NCBI RefSeq assembly: GCF_028641065.1
Contig: NC_073401.1
Span: 31,124,001-31,188,000 of the forward strand
Direction of reading: 5' to 3'
DNA length: 64,000 nucleotides
From: Leucoraja erinacea
Taxonomy: Eukaryota
Position 1 is the first letter of the stretch. Each line of letters begins with the position of its first letter. Below are positions 24,718 to 37,700 of this stretch, in pieces. The notes beneath the pieces were generated by a model. That model was not told the DNA's origin. It ran no database searches and saw only the letters and a list, made by a program, of their open reading frames with translations. Both the position numbers and the translations under genes were made by a program.

Positions 24718-26328
24718 TCTGCAGATGCTGGTTTCCAATAAAATGACACACGGTGCTGGAGTAACAGCGGTGGGTGATAGGTTGCTAGTTGTTGGGAGGA
24801 TCCTGCCCTTCACCTGTTCCTCACCGCCCCGCCTCCTCTTCCTAAATTCCTTCCTCTAGCTTCACAACTTACGACTCTTCCATCCTTTTGTCTCACTCCT
24901 AACCCAATTCTCCTGGCTTCTCCCCATAACCACTGACACCCATATACTAATCAATAATCTATCCATCTCTGCCTTAAAAAGAACCATTCTTGGCCTCCAC
25001 AGCCTTCTGTGGCAAAATATTCCACAGATTCACCACCCTCTGCCTAAAGAAATTCCTCCTCATCTCCTTCCTAAAAGAAAGTCCTTTAATTCTGAGGCTA
25101 TGGCCTTTAGTCCTAGACTCTCCCACGAGTGGAAATATCCTCTCCACATCCATTCAATCCAAGCCTTTCACGATACGGTAAGCTTCAATGAGGTCGCCCC
25201 TCAACCCACCTTGTAAATAAGCACAATCATACACAAGTACAAAAGTGCATCAATTGTGGTGTAATCTTTAGACCAGTGACTGTTTTTCTATTGGTTTTAA
25301 AGTATTGATGGAGAAGGATAGGACAGGCTCACATGTTAAGGTCCTCGCATTAGGGTTAGGGTTAGTGTTAAGATTCTAACTTGGGGCAAGTCTAAATTTG
25401 GGGGCAATAGATGGGAACTTGCAGAGGTTGGGTGGGTAGTTTACAGCATTGAATTCTCCAGTTTTAGGTCATGCAGCATCTTTGGAGAACATGGATAGGT
25501 GACGTTTCGGGTCGGGACGGTCTGAAGAAGGGTTTCGACCCGAAACATCACCTATTGCTTCTCTCCAGCGATGTTGCCTGTCCCGTTGAGTTACTCCGGC
25601 GCTGTGTGTCTGGCTTCAGCCTGCAAATGTGAGAGTCACTGAGGGCTTTGGATGGAAGATGCTGATGCAGGAAATCAAATATATGATCAGCAGCTGGGGC
25701 CACAGCCGCGGGGAGGCAACCTTTCAGGTCGTTGACAACTCGCCAGGAGTTTAGATCATCGCACTTGTTAAAAACCCGGAGATCCGGTTATTGAGTAACT
25801 TGGTGTAAGTTTTGGCCGCGATCATCACTCCTGCCGGGAATCGGCTGTAAATGTCGAATCCATCAAAGGCGGCCTCTCCTCCCCTCCCTGCTCCTCATTA
25901 CCTCTACCCTCCCCTCGCTACTGGTGGCCTGATGCCAGAGTTATTGTGTAGGAAGGAAGATGGACACAAAGACTGTCTGTCCAGAGTTACTGTGGTCGCG
26001 GCCAGTGGTGACCAACCCACACTCCCAGCGCTCACTGATCCGGCCCCCGCTGACCAGCCGGCAATATAAGGCGGACAAGCTGTTACTTGTTCATCCCTCG
26101 GCTAATGGTTAACACCCATAAAACACGTAGAATGACACGAACCAGTGACTTGTGAGTGAGCGGGTCCCAACCACAGTTGCTCTGCCGCCTCCATCCATTG
26201 CTATCTGTCCCATGGCCGCTCCTTGGCGCCGCTGTCCGGAGCCGCGGCCACCGGCAACCAGGCTCGGTTTGTCCGTGGCCTTCCTGTGCAGGAACGACCC
26301 CGTCTACTCTCTCTGCGTCGCCGACATC

Positions 26329-28878
26329 ATGGCAGCTCCCAAGTCCCTTCACAATCAGTTCATCAGGGACCAGAGGACGTTGATGGAGGTACTTGTGTCT
26401 CTTCTGGATGTCGGGGTAAAACTCCCACAGCCTCACGTTCAACACTTCCCGTCTCCGGGCAAAGACTGACACAAAATGCTGGAGTAACTAAGCGGGACAC
26501 GCACCGTCTCTGGAGAGAAGGAATGGGTGACGTTTCGGGTCGAGACCCTTTTCTCCAGAGATGCTACCTGTCCCGCCGAGTTACTCCAGCATTTTGTGTC
26601 TATCTTTGGTGAAAATCAGCATATTTACGTGGATGTTGCCAGGACTAGAAGGTGTGAGCTATCGGGAGTAGGCTGGGTCTCTATTCCTTGGAGCGCAGGA
26701 GGGTGAGGGGGGTCTTACAGAGGTGTACAACATCATGAAAGGAAGAGATCGGGTAGGCGCCCAGAGTCTCTTTCCCAGAGTAGGTGAACGAGGACCAGAG
26801 GACATAGGTTCAAGGTGAAGGGGAAAAGATTTAATAGTAATTTGAGCGGTAATGTTTTCACACAGAGGGTGGTGGATGTATGGACTAAGTTCCAGAGGAG
26901 GTAGTTGAGGCTGGGACCAACCCAGCGTTTAAGAAACAGTTAGACAGGTACATGGATATGACAGGTTTGGAGGGAACCACACACCACACCTGGGCGGGAC
27001 GGACAGAGGGAGGGAGGGAGCGGCTCTGAACAGAACGTGCAGCAGGTCAGGCAGCATCTGTTGGGAGAGCAGAACCCAGATTTCAGGTCAACATTCTCTC
27101 TCTTCACAGATGCTGCCTGACCAACATTCTGTATTTAGTGATCCCATGGCTGAAGAGGAGGTGCTGAGTAAGGGGTTATTGTGTTCTCTATTCCAGAACC
27201 TGCAGAGACTGGAGAATCAGAAGGTGACGAGGATGCGGTAGCTGAAGGAAGAGAGACAGCACTTTGCTCTTGTCATGAGGAGGAGACTTGCCCCCTCACG
27301 GCCAAACACAAACCATCCTTCGCAGGCATCTCCCTGGGCAACTCGCTCTGGCATCAACCTCTCTCTCCCCACTGGGGCCAAAGGCACAAGTCTACAGCTC
27401 CCCGTCCAGGGCCGAGCTGTCCCGCACTCCCAACCCAAACTCCCACAGGTGGGTGGTCATCTACACCGCAGCTAGATTGTAAACCTGGCGGCACCCCCCT
27501 TTGTACCCCATCCCACTACCTCACACATGGACTGTTCCCCCACTCCACAGCCTGCTCCTCCCCTCCCCCCCTGCCTACACACCCTTCCCCCACTCCGTCC
27601 CCCCCTCCTCCCCCACTACCTCCCACACCCTGCACCCCCTTTGTCCCCCACCCTGCACCCCCTGCACCCCCTTGTCCCCCACCACACCCACACCCTGCAC
27701 CCCCTCCATCCCACCCCCCCCACACCCTGTACCCCATCTGTCCCCCCCCCCACCCCCACACCCCCTCCCCCCCTGCACCCTCTGTCCCACCCCCTGTTCC
27801 TTCCCCCACTCCATTCCACACCCCCCCCCCACCCCTCCCCTCCCCCACCCCTCCCCCACTCCCGTCCCCCCCCATCCACTCCGTCCCACACCCCTCCCCG
27901 CAGCCGCACTGTCCAACATCCCACATCCTGCACTATTCCACACCATGGACTGTCCCAAATCCTGCACCCCTCCCACATCCCCCTCCCGTATCCCTATCCC
28001 ACACCCTTCCCCCACGCCGTCCCAAGCCTCTCCCCCTCCCCACACAGCTGCACTGTCCAACATCCCTATCCCGCACCGTCCCTGGCAGTAAATGGGATTC
28101 ACTCGGGTAGACAACATAGATGGCATGGGCAAGTTGGGCCAAAGGGCCTATTTCTGTCCTGCGACTTTGGCTTGAATGGAATTATATCCATTCTTAAATA
28201 AGGTGATCAAAACGTTGCACAATAACTAGGTGGGGTCTCTCCAGCATCTCAGTTATTTAAATACTTTGCTACTTCATTACTTTTCAATACACAAAAATAA
28301 AAACTTAAAAAATAGAAAATAGCGGAAACACTCAGTGGGTCAGTCAGCATCTGTGGTTAATGATGTTTCATCAGCAGTCCAACATTCCTTCAGCCTTCCT
28401 AATCACTTGCTCTTCTTGTTGCTAACTTTCTGTGCAAGGATACTATTAAGTCATGTGATAGGAGCAGAATTAGGCCATTCGGTCCATGAAGTCTGCTCCA
28501 CCATTCAATCATGACTGATCTATCTCTCCCTCCTAAACCCATTCTCCTGCCTTCTCCCCATAAACCCTGACACCCATACTAACTAATCAAGAATCATCCC
28601 TGCTGCCCACATTCTAGGAAGCCCCCTCTGTATCCTCTCTCCTCTATCTGTTCTTCCTTTAATTCTTCAGGACGGTTTGTGAAGAACAAATATCCGTGTC
28701 ACTGCACTCTGAACTCTGAAATAAACAACATTCTCTTTTCATCTTTCTTCAGGTTTCAAACACTCACTTTTCTGAGCTGACAACCAGAAACACCTGCACC
28801 TGTTCATGTCAGAAGCTTTCGAGGAATGCACGCTCTCTCCCCAATCTCCAGACTGCAACCCCAGGCTTTGAAGTTTAA
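26329..28878 (+). pseudogene. Candidate unannotated spliced gene or pseudogene encoding a small protein with a coiled-coil-like N-terminus; one in-frame TAG
   Basis: Putative coding exons 26329-26388, 27197-27448 and 28753-28878, all phase 0 with GT-AG ends. Kozak ATG, TATA-like element at 26066, AATAAA at 29081, TAG at 27239-27241. I recognise no homologue. Confidence 0.4.
26620..26975 (+). mobile_element. CR1 LINE 3' fragment
   Basis: GLYSLERRR..EVYNIM..VFTQRVV remnant. Confidence 0.7.
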
Positions 28879-29963
28879 CATAAAGCAGTAGATGCTTCTT
28901 TCAGTAAAGAGACCCTGGTGTGGCCCGTGGATATGTTTGGGTTCTTACCCATTGAGTTTATTGCCAGACTCTGTGGAGGATCGTCTGTAAAGTTCCAGGA
29001 ATCCAATGCTGATTTTCACTTTCTCTGACACTGGTGTGGCCCATATATTAACCAATGATTTCTGCTTCAAACTAGTAAATAATAAACACAACTCTTCACC
29101 AAATGAATGCAGTCAATTTTATCCTTTCTGGTTAATTTCTGGTAAAAAGCTGAGACAAACAGGAGAGTGGCGCCAGCAATTAGTGAGAGACCTTGTCTTC
29201 CGGTCCTGAACTCTGTCAGACACATTCCCCCAATGTTTGTGTTCAAGGCTAAAACTAACATCATTGTGACTGTCAGCAACTACACTGGACAAAGTCTGAT
29301 CCAAGATCAGGAGTGATGCAGGAAATGATGCAGGCGATTCCCACATTCCCAGCACTGGGCAGGACCTCTCCACAGGAGAATGGCCAACTGGCCCAGAATG
29401 ACGCTGTGCGTTGGGGCTCTGTGCATCCGCATTCGGAGCCTTGAATGCATTTGAGCAATCCGAACTTGCTCCTCCCACCCCCAGACCAGGAGACAGGTTC
29501 CTGCCAGTTCCCCACCTCCCAGACTGGCTTTTGCTTTGGGTGGTCTTGGGACAGGAAGAGGATCCCTGTTCACACCCCACCTTGCTGGTACCAACCTTGG
29601 ACTCCAGCAGATACAATCCAAGTAGTAACCAGGGAAAGAGAAAAGCAGGGAGCAGAGGTTATGTGTACTCACAATGCTGAGGTAGGTTTCCACAGTCCTA
29701 GACGTACTGTTTATTATCTTATAGATGTAAGCATTTACAAAATGACAGAGTGGTGAAAAAGACCCAGAGTTTGCAGATGTGTGTGTGTTTCACTACAGTG
29801 CAAGACCCAGAGTTTAATGTCCAAGTCAGAACAAACTCCTGGCCTCCTTGCAACGGGGGAAGGAGTGTGCGTTTTGTGACCAGCGTATGGGCACATTGAC
29901 TGATTCCAGTGGGGCCCTGAGGCAGGTGTGAGAGCAGTGTGCATCGAACCTGCTTCACTGGCA

Positions 29964-30150
29964 TCAGCTGGCCAGATAGTTCAGTGTCGGGTGCCTCGGT
30001 TTCTTCTTCTTGGCTTTCAGCACAGGGGGCAGGGCAATCCTGAAAGCAGTCCTGGAATTAAAACAAAAATATATCCTCACAGATCACGATGGAATGCAGT
30101 GTAGAGGAGCAAAGCATCTCAGCCCATCATAACCGAACATTATAGCCGAC

Positions 30151-30185
<35 letters not shown>

Positions 30186-31714
30186 AACACCCCTGGACAC
30201 ACACTCATCACCGACCCCCCCCCCCCAACACCAAGCCATTAATACTCACTCGCATGTCGTGCAGATGGGGCTGAAGTTACAAAATACTGAAAAGTAAAAA
30301 GAGATTGTCATTGGAAAGTAGAAGGAGAAATGAAAGAGCTAAACGGTGAAGCTGCCTGACACTCACTCGATAAGCAGACGGAACAGACATAGCCGATCTC
30401 AATCAGGTTGCGGTGGCAGAAGCAGGCCGCTCTGTAGTCCACGTGGACATGCGGTGGTAGCACGAGCTGCGATCTCTGCTCCGGGTCCGGCAGAAATACC
30501 CACTGCAGACGGGAGAGAGGGAGGGAGTGAGTGGGGCAGGGACACAGGCAGCCACAGCATTACATGCAACTCCTCAACCATTTACACACACTGTACAGGA
30601 GCACATGAAGCCTCTACTACATCAGTGTGGGAGAAGCAGGTCAGGGAATAAGGAACATGAATGACGATCGGACTTCCATCCATTCCCACGTTGATCATCT
30701 TACAGTCGTGCACAAGTATGAAGAGAACAGGGAGATCCAGCAAAGGCTTCTGAGCAGGCCCTCAACATCACTGCAGCAAGTGACACATTTAAAAGACACG
30801 GACAGGGAACTGTGATATTTAGCAATGAATGTAAATGGGAGGGAGGATGAACTACAGTGTTGGAGGAGAGGACAGATCCTTGCAGATCATCATCTTACTC
30901 CCACTGTTGGGAGCCCTGAATATTCTGAAGCTCAGCTGAGAATCCTGGCCTCATCTCCCACCCTCCTTCCAACCACACCCCTGGCCACACGCTCATCCCC
31001 CCTCCCCCCCTCCAACAACATCCCTGGACTCACACTCATCTCCCACCCCCCCCCCCCCCCCCCCCCAGATACCCATGGACACACACTCATCTCACCCCCC
31101 CCCCCCCCCCCCCCCCCGACACCCCCTGGAAACAGCACGTGTGCATCTGACCACGCAGACGCGTGCCTGATCACACACACAGCACAGCAGTGTAGCCCAT
31201 GTCCAAATTCTTCCGCATCTTCACCCCTTGCCCCACCCCCCCCCCCACCCCCCCGTCCAGAGAGACTACACAAGCCACGCAGCACGGCTCACACATGTAC
31301 ACATTCACCTTACCAGCAAATACTGTGTGAGTGCCAGCAACTGTGGTATTTTTAAATATAATCCTCCGGTTATATCCGCAGCCTGCAGAGAGAAGAGGCA
31401 GTAGAGTGAACTGTCCTCGAACAGAAACCCGACCCCCCCCCCCAGACAGACACTCCTGCCCCCCCACCCCACACCTGCCCCCCCCACACCCTGCCCCCCC
31501 GCCACACCTTGCCCCCCCCCCCCCCCCCCCGCCACACACCTGCCCCCCACACCTGCCCCACACACCCCAACCCCCCCCACCACACACTGCCCCCCCCCAC
31601 ATTCTGTCCCACACCTGTCCCCGCCACACGCCCCTGCCCCCCGCTCACACACACCTGCCCCATCCCCGATGCCTCCCCCCCCCCCCACACACCTCCCCCC
31701 CCCCCCCCCCCGGC

Positions 31715-31745
<31 letters not shown>

Positions 31746-34700
31746 ATCGACAGACAGTGCCACTTTATAGTGAAACTGACCCGGAACAGAGATCTCTGGA
31801 TAGGGGCGGCTACTGGGCCGTCTGAAGAAATGTCTCGACCCGAAACGTCACCAATTCCTTCTCTCCAGAGATGCTGCCAGTCCCGCTGAGTTACTCCAGC
31901 ACTTTATATCCGTCCTCACGTTGGTAGAATCCAGCTCCACCCCCAAAGACCAACTGAACTGTTTTGTGCAACTCAGAATATTGCTTATGTACCAGGAAAG
32001 TATGTTAGCGAATGGTATGTTAGCATTCATAGCAAAAGGATTTGCGTATAGGAGCAGGGAGGTTCTACTGTAGTTGTACAGGGTCTTGGTGAGTATTGCG
32101 TACAGTTTTGGTCTCCTAATCTGAGGAAAGACATTCTTGCCATAGAGGGAGTACAGAGAAGGTTCACCAGACTGATTCCGTGGAAGTCAGGACTTTCATA
32201 TGAAGAAAGACTGGATAGACTCGGCTTGTACTCGCTAGAATTTAGAAGATTGAGGGGGGATCTTATAGAAACTTACAAATTTCTTAAGGGGTTGGACAGG
32301 CTAGATGCAGGAAGATTGTTCCCGGTTAGGGAAGTCCAGAACAAGGGGTCACAGTTTAAGGATAATGGGGAAATCTTTAGGACCGAGATGAGAAAAACAT
32401 TTTCCACACAGAGAGTGGTGAATCTCTGGAATTCTATGCCACAGAAGGTAGTTGAGGCCAGTTCATTGGCTATATTTAAGAGTTAGATGTGGCCCTTGTG
32501 GCTAAAGGTATCAGGGGGTATGGAGAGAAGGCAGGTACAGGATACTGAGTTGGATGATTAGCCATGATCATATTGAATGGCGGTGCAGGCTCGAAGGGCC
32601 GAATGGTCTACTCCTGCATCTATTTTCTATGTTTCTCTGTTTCTATGAAAGGATTTGCAGATGCTGGAATCCTAAACAAAGCACAATGTACTGGAGGTAC
32701 TCTGCAGGTCAGGCATCATCTGTGGAGGGAATGGACAGACGGCGTTTCGGGTCGAGACCTGTCTACAGACTGATCAGGACCACAGAATTCCTCTAGCACT
32801 CAAGATGTCCCGAGCTGCAGCCTAGTAAAGTTGTCACCTTACTTGAGGGAGGCAGACAGATCCCAGTGCCGAGCAGATTCACCTACCTGTTGGAGGAGGC
32901 CAGATTCAGAGTCCAAAACGCACGCGTCGATCAGAATGTTCTGAAAGCAGAAGAATGGTCATGTTTACTTCGGAAGGTTTGGGGGATTTTCCGCGCAGCA
33001 ACCAGCCCCTTCCTCCAACATTAGCATCGCACCATCCACACAACGCAGGTGAGCTCCAGCAACGTTCTGCCTGCATTTGGTGCAACTTACATTCGTTAAC
33101 ATTTTATTTACACAAGTATAAATTTCCACAGCTTTTTCACCAGCACTTGCCAGGCAGCATCTAAGGAGAGAAGGAATTGGCGACGTTTCGGGTCGGCAGC
33201 TTTGACACAGGACAAGGAGGCTCACTCCCACCCTCCCCTCTCACTGTGATAAATACTGACAATAGACAATAGGTGCAGGAGTAGGCCATTCGGCCCTTCG
33301 AGCCAGCAGCGCCATTCAATGTGATCATGGCTGATAATCCCTAATCAGTACCCCGTTCCTGCCTTCTCCCCATATCCCCTGACTCCACTATCTTTAAGAG
33401 CCCTATCTAGCTCTCTCTTGAAAGTCACTCTATGGTCACTCCCACCCTCTCACTATGATAAATGTTGGCTATGGTTATTACTCCCAGAGAGGGGATTACT
33501 CCGCACTGAGACTATGTCTCAGGCTCACACACAGAATCCAAACACAAAATGCAGGAGTAACTCAGCGGGACAGGCAGCATCTCTGGGGAGAAGGAATGGG
33601 TGACGTTTCGGGTCGAGACCCTTCTTCAGACTTCTTCAAACCAACATCTGCAGTTCCTTCCTACAGAATTCGAACAAACTAAACAGCTCACTTGTGTAAC
33701 TAAAATGTCAGCAGATGTAACAGACAGAGATTCTCCAATATTATTAGGACCCAGAACAAGTGCTCACATTAAATAGAATGGTTCTCACTGTTTACTGAAG
33801 GCTTTAATATCTTGGGGAAATTAACAAGCATTTTGTAACAAACGAAGGATAAAAATATATTGACAGTGAAACTGCAGTGACATGACATTGCCGGTAAATG
33901 AAGCCAGCGACTGGCCTTTGGGATGGATGGTGTGTGGACTGACCTTCACAACACCTTCCAAAGCTGCACCATGACAACTGCTCCCTGCTTCACTGGGTTC
34001 AGTCTGCACTGGGCCAGCTGGAATTTCAAACTGTTCACCAGGGGAGATGTTATTCATTGCTGGAGTCACGCGTGACTCAGTCAGTATAATGCTGGCCGTG
34101 GTCTGAGGGAAAGCAGCTGTGGCCAAGGGTTTGGAGAGATATGAACCATGTCGGCTCTCTCCTGTCCACACAATTCCTGATCATCCATGTCCTGATCCAA
34201 ACACATCCCTCAATCAAAACAGCTGAAACATTTAATCATCTGCTCAGTTTCACCCTGCAACTGCGGGATCTTGCTGTGCACAAACACACCAGGCTCCCTG
34301 TACACCAGTGACTTCAGAAAGGATGTCAAGAGCTGTCAGCTCCTAACATACACATTGTTTAGCCTCCATCAACACATTGAATCAATGTTCAAACTCACAT
34401 TTGTAGTCAATGCCTACTATGTTCTGTTGTGCTGAAGCAAAGCAAGAATTTCATTGTCCTATCAGGAACACATGACAATAAACTCACTTGAACTTGAACC
34501 TGAACATTCTGGGAAAAGGAACTGAGAAAATACTCAAAGATAGACACAGAGTGCTGGAGTAATTCAGCGGGTCAGGCAGCATCTGTGGAGAACATGGATA
34601 GGTGACGTTTCACAGAGTGCTGGAGTAACTCAGCGGAACAGGCAGCATCTCTGGGCAACATTGATAGGTGACGTTTCACAGAGTGCTGGAGTAACTCAGC

Positions 34701-37700
34701 GGGTCAGGCAGCATCTCTGGAGAGAAAGAATGGGTGACATTTAAAACTCAACCTGTTTCTGTGCTGCAAAGATAACGTTCATAACATTCATGTATTGAGC
34801 TGCAGAGTCTTCAGCCGCTTGAATAACCTGTGGAGAAACAAACGACAAATCTAAACGTGTCTGACATCATCTCCACATTGAGCTGCAGTGTGGGGAAAAG
34901 GCCCTGCAGGTGATTAGTGGCAGCGGAGTGGTGTTGTTTATTAATGTCGCGTGTACCGAGGTACAGTGAAAAACTGTGTGCGCTACCTGGTCAAATCATA
35001 ACATGCAATCATGATGTATAATAATATACCATCACACCTACACAAATACAATGGGTAGTACCGAGAAAAAACAGAAGCTTTATAGCATTCGTTACTGAGA
35101 AAAAGTCCCAAGACCTCAATGATGTAGGCTGTAAGATCGGGCCTGCATCCGAGCTTATGGGTGGACTGTTCAGTCGTCTGATCACAGCGAGGTTCCTGAC
35201 TCCGTGGTCACTTGTGCCCCATCTCCCTCTTTACCGCCCCTCCCACACCATAGCCTCGTGTGCTCCCTGCCCCCCCCTCAGGCTGGGGGCTGTGTAACAT
35301 CCAAGGTCTGTTTCCCATCAGATCCCTAGGCCACACCTGCAATGTAACAATCCACCCCCACAATACAACAGCTACACGTCTTCACAATTAGTCACAGAAG
35401 GCAGAACACTTACCAGGATTCGGGATTTCAGCTCATGGATGGCTGCATTTGGTAGAAAAGAAATAAAATTAGATTTGTAAAGTTCAAACTGCGAGTTACA
35501 AAAAATACATCCACTATTCGTAAATCTGCATATTGTCACACACGCATTCAGAGCTTAAATTGAAAATAAACATGGTGTGAAATGTCACAGGATTAGGGCG
35601 AGGCCATTCCTCCCCTCTATTGAGGCAAGTTCACACCTGAACTCCATCGTACGCCCACAAAATACTGCAGACAGACGCTGTGAATCTGAAATATAGACAG
35701 AATGCTGGAAATACTCAGCAGATCAGGCACTGTGTGGGAGAGAGAAACTATGGTGATGTTTCACAGGAACCTTCCCTGAACACCATTTACACAGTTCCAG
35801 GATCCTCACCACCCGGACTGCAAAATGCACCCACCTTCGTTTTTATATTTCAATTGATCCCAGCGTCAGTTCCAAATCCTCACAGCATTTGGGTGTAAGC
35901 TTGGCCTGGCTCGAATTCTACATTTCTGCCTATATTTTGTGTTCCATCAAAGATACGGTCTCTCTTTATCTACCCCATAACTTGTTTAATCAGCAAACAT
36001 TATTAAGTTATAAAAACAGAAAATGCTCATTGAGTAAGCAGATCAGGCAGCGTCTAGGAAGAGATAAACAAGGTTAAAGTATCAGGTCAAAGACTCTTTG
36101 TCAGAATTGTTGTTTGTGGGTATCAGGATAAGAGTTAAGGGCAGCCCAGTGACTGAGCATTCAAAGCCCTGCCTGAGACATGCCTTGTACAATGGTCGGC
36201 ATGGAAACGCTGAGCCAAAGGGCCTGTTTCATTGCTGTACCACTCTCTAACTATCATCATTCTCGCCTGCATCGGGAGTGTTGAGACTGCGTTGGATTCT
36301 TCATTCACACCGCCTCCATTTGGAGAAACGAGCAGCCTGCATAACAGCATCAGAATCCAGCTGTCAATTGTTCAATTCAATCTGACTTTAATAGTGAATC
36401 ATTCTTAACTAAGGAAAGCACAGCCTTAGTCTCAGTAAACATACATGTACCATCCAATAAACATACATGTACCATCCAATAAACATACATGTACCATCTA
36501 GTAAACATACATGTAACATCCAGTAAACATACATGTAACATCCAGTAAACATGCATGTACCATCCAATAAAAATACATGTAACATCCAGTAAACATACAT
36601 GTAACATCCAGTAACCATACATGTAACATCCAGTAAACATACACGTAACATCCAGCAAACATATACGTACCATCTAGTTCTTTATTCACTTTGTGAATAT
36701 CTTGTATCAGAAGCATTAAGATAAACAACAGCATGAGAACATGGAAGTTAGACGTAAACATTCCTGTTTCAATGGAATCAACAGCTCAATGTTGCTCCAG
36801 TAAATGAGCCGGGACTGGGTGGATTTCCAGCGCGGATGCCTGAAGGTGTGTATGCGCTGGTCAGAGGGCAGCTAAAGAAGTGTATGTGGGACAACATCTC
36901 CGGTAGGAGTGAACACCTGCACAAGGTTCACATTTCGACTGGCAGCTGACAGACATTTGCTTCCCCGTTAACGTTCTGTGTCGCAACTATGACCAGCAGG
37001 AAAACTAGTGATGAGATAAGATTGCAATCTATCCCCCAGTGCTGGAGAAACTCTGCGGGTCAAGCAGCATGTACGGAGGGAACGGGCAGGCGACAATTCG
37101 GGTCAGGTCCATCCTTCGTATAATGATGGGAAGCATTAGGGAGGTGTGGAGGGCAGATGGAACCGGATCAGACAAGAAACTGTTCAACAATTAGCAACTT
37201 GCAATCTTCCCAGTGTGGTCAGTAGTGAGGCCACAATACATGGCATCAAGCAAACATCGACAGACGATGAAACGTTGGCCGTGACGTCATTAACACAAGA
37301 AAGGCACAGATTGTCGAGCAAGGATACAGCAAAGTGCTTTTGCCAAAGATCCGGCCAGCAGAGTCTCTGTCAGATGTGCTCTCACCTCAGCTGCAACATA
37401 AAGGAGAGGATGTCAAGTACACGGAGCCACAACACAGGCAGGGTGTGTGCGAGTCTGTTGGAAGCTCCAACTCACTCTTTGCCATCAGGTCCTTGATCTC
37501 CTCGGTGATAATGTCGTTTCCGAAGGCCAGGAGCTCATACTTTCCATCCTTGCTACCCGACCAAGAGGATTCTGCAGAACTGCTCTCACTACTTTCGGCA
37601 AAGCTTCCCGATTTCCACTGTTTGCCTGGGTACAGGAAGCGGCTGCAGAAACAAGAAGCATAAAGAGCTGGATCCCATTCCCACTCCATCCCCGTGCAGC

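Noticed and set aside
25350-25365. TTAGGG telomeric hexamers
   Set aside because: Only about two copies; too short for an interstitial telomere.
27181-28201. Long Pro/Gly-rich ORFs (309, 224, 196 and 185 aa)
   Set aside because: They arise from C-rich low-complexity repeats lacking stops in several frames. Only 27197-27448, in a different frame, looks exon-like.
30152-31745. Very long C homopolymers and poly-Pro/Gly ORFs
   Set aside because: Low-complexity intronic tracts whose lengths are unreliable in assemblies; not coding.
33821-34171. 116-aa minus-strand ORF in GTF2H3 intron 8
   Set aside because: No recognisable domain, no ATG start (alternative start codon) and no convincing splice sites; GTF2H3 is complete without it.
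36435-36676. Regular repeats resembling a CRISPR array (also 11550-11748, 13892-14018 and 34545-34740)
   Set aside because: Head-to-tail units with no unique spacers, no cas genes, and a vertebrate intronic context.
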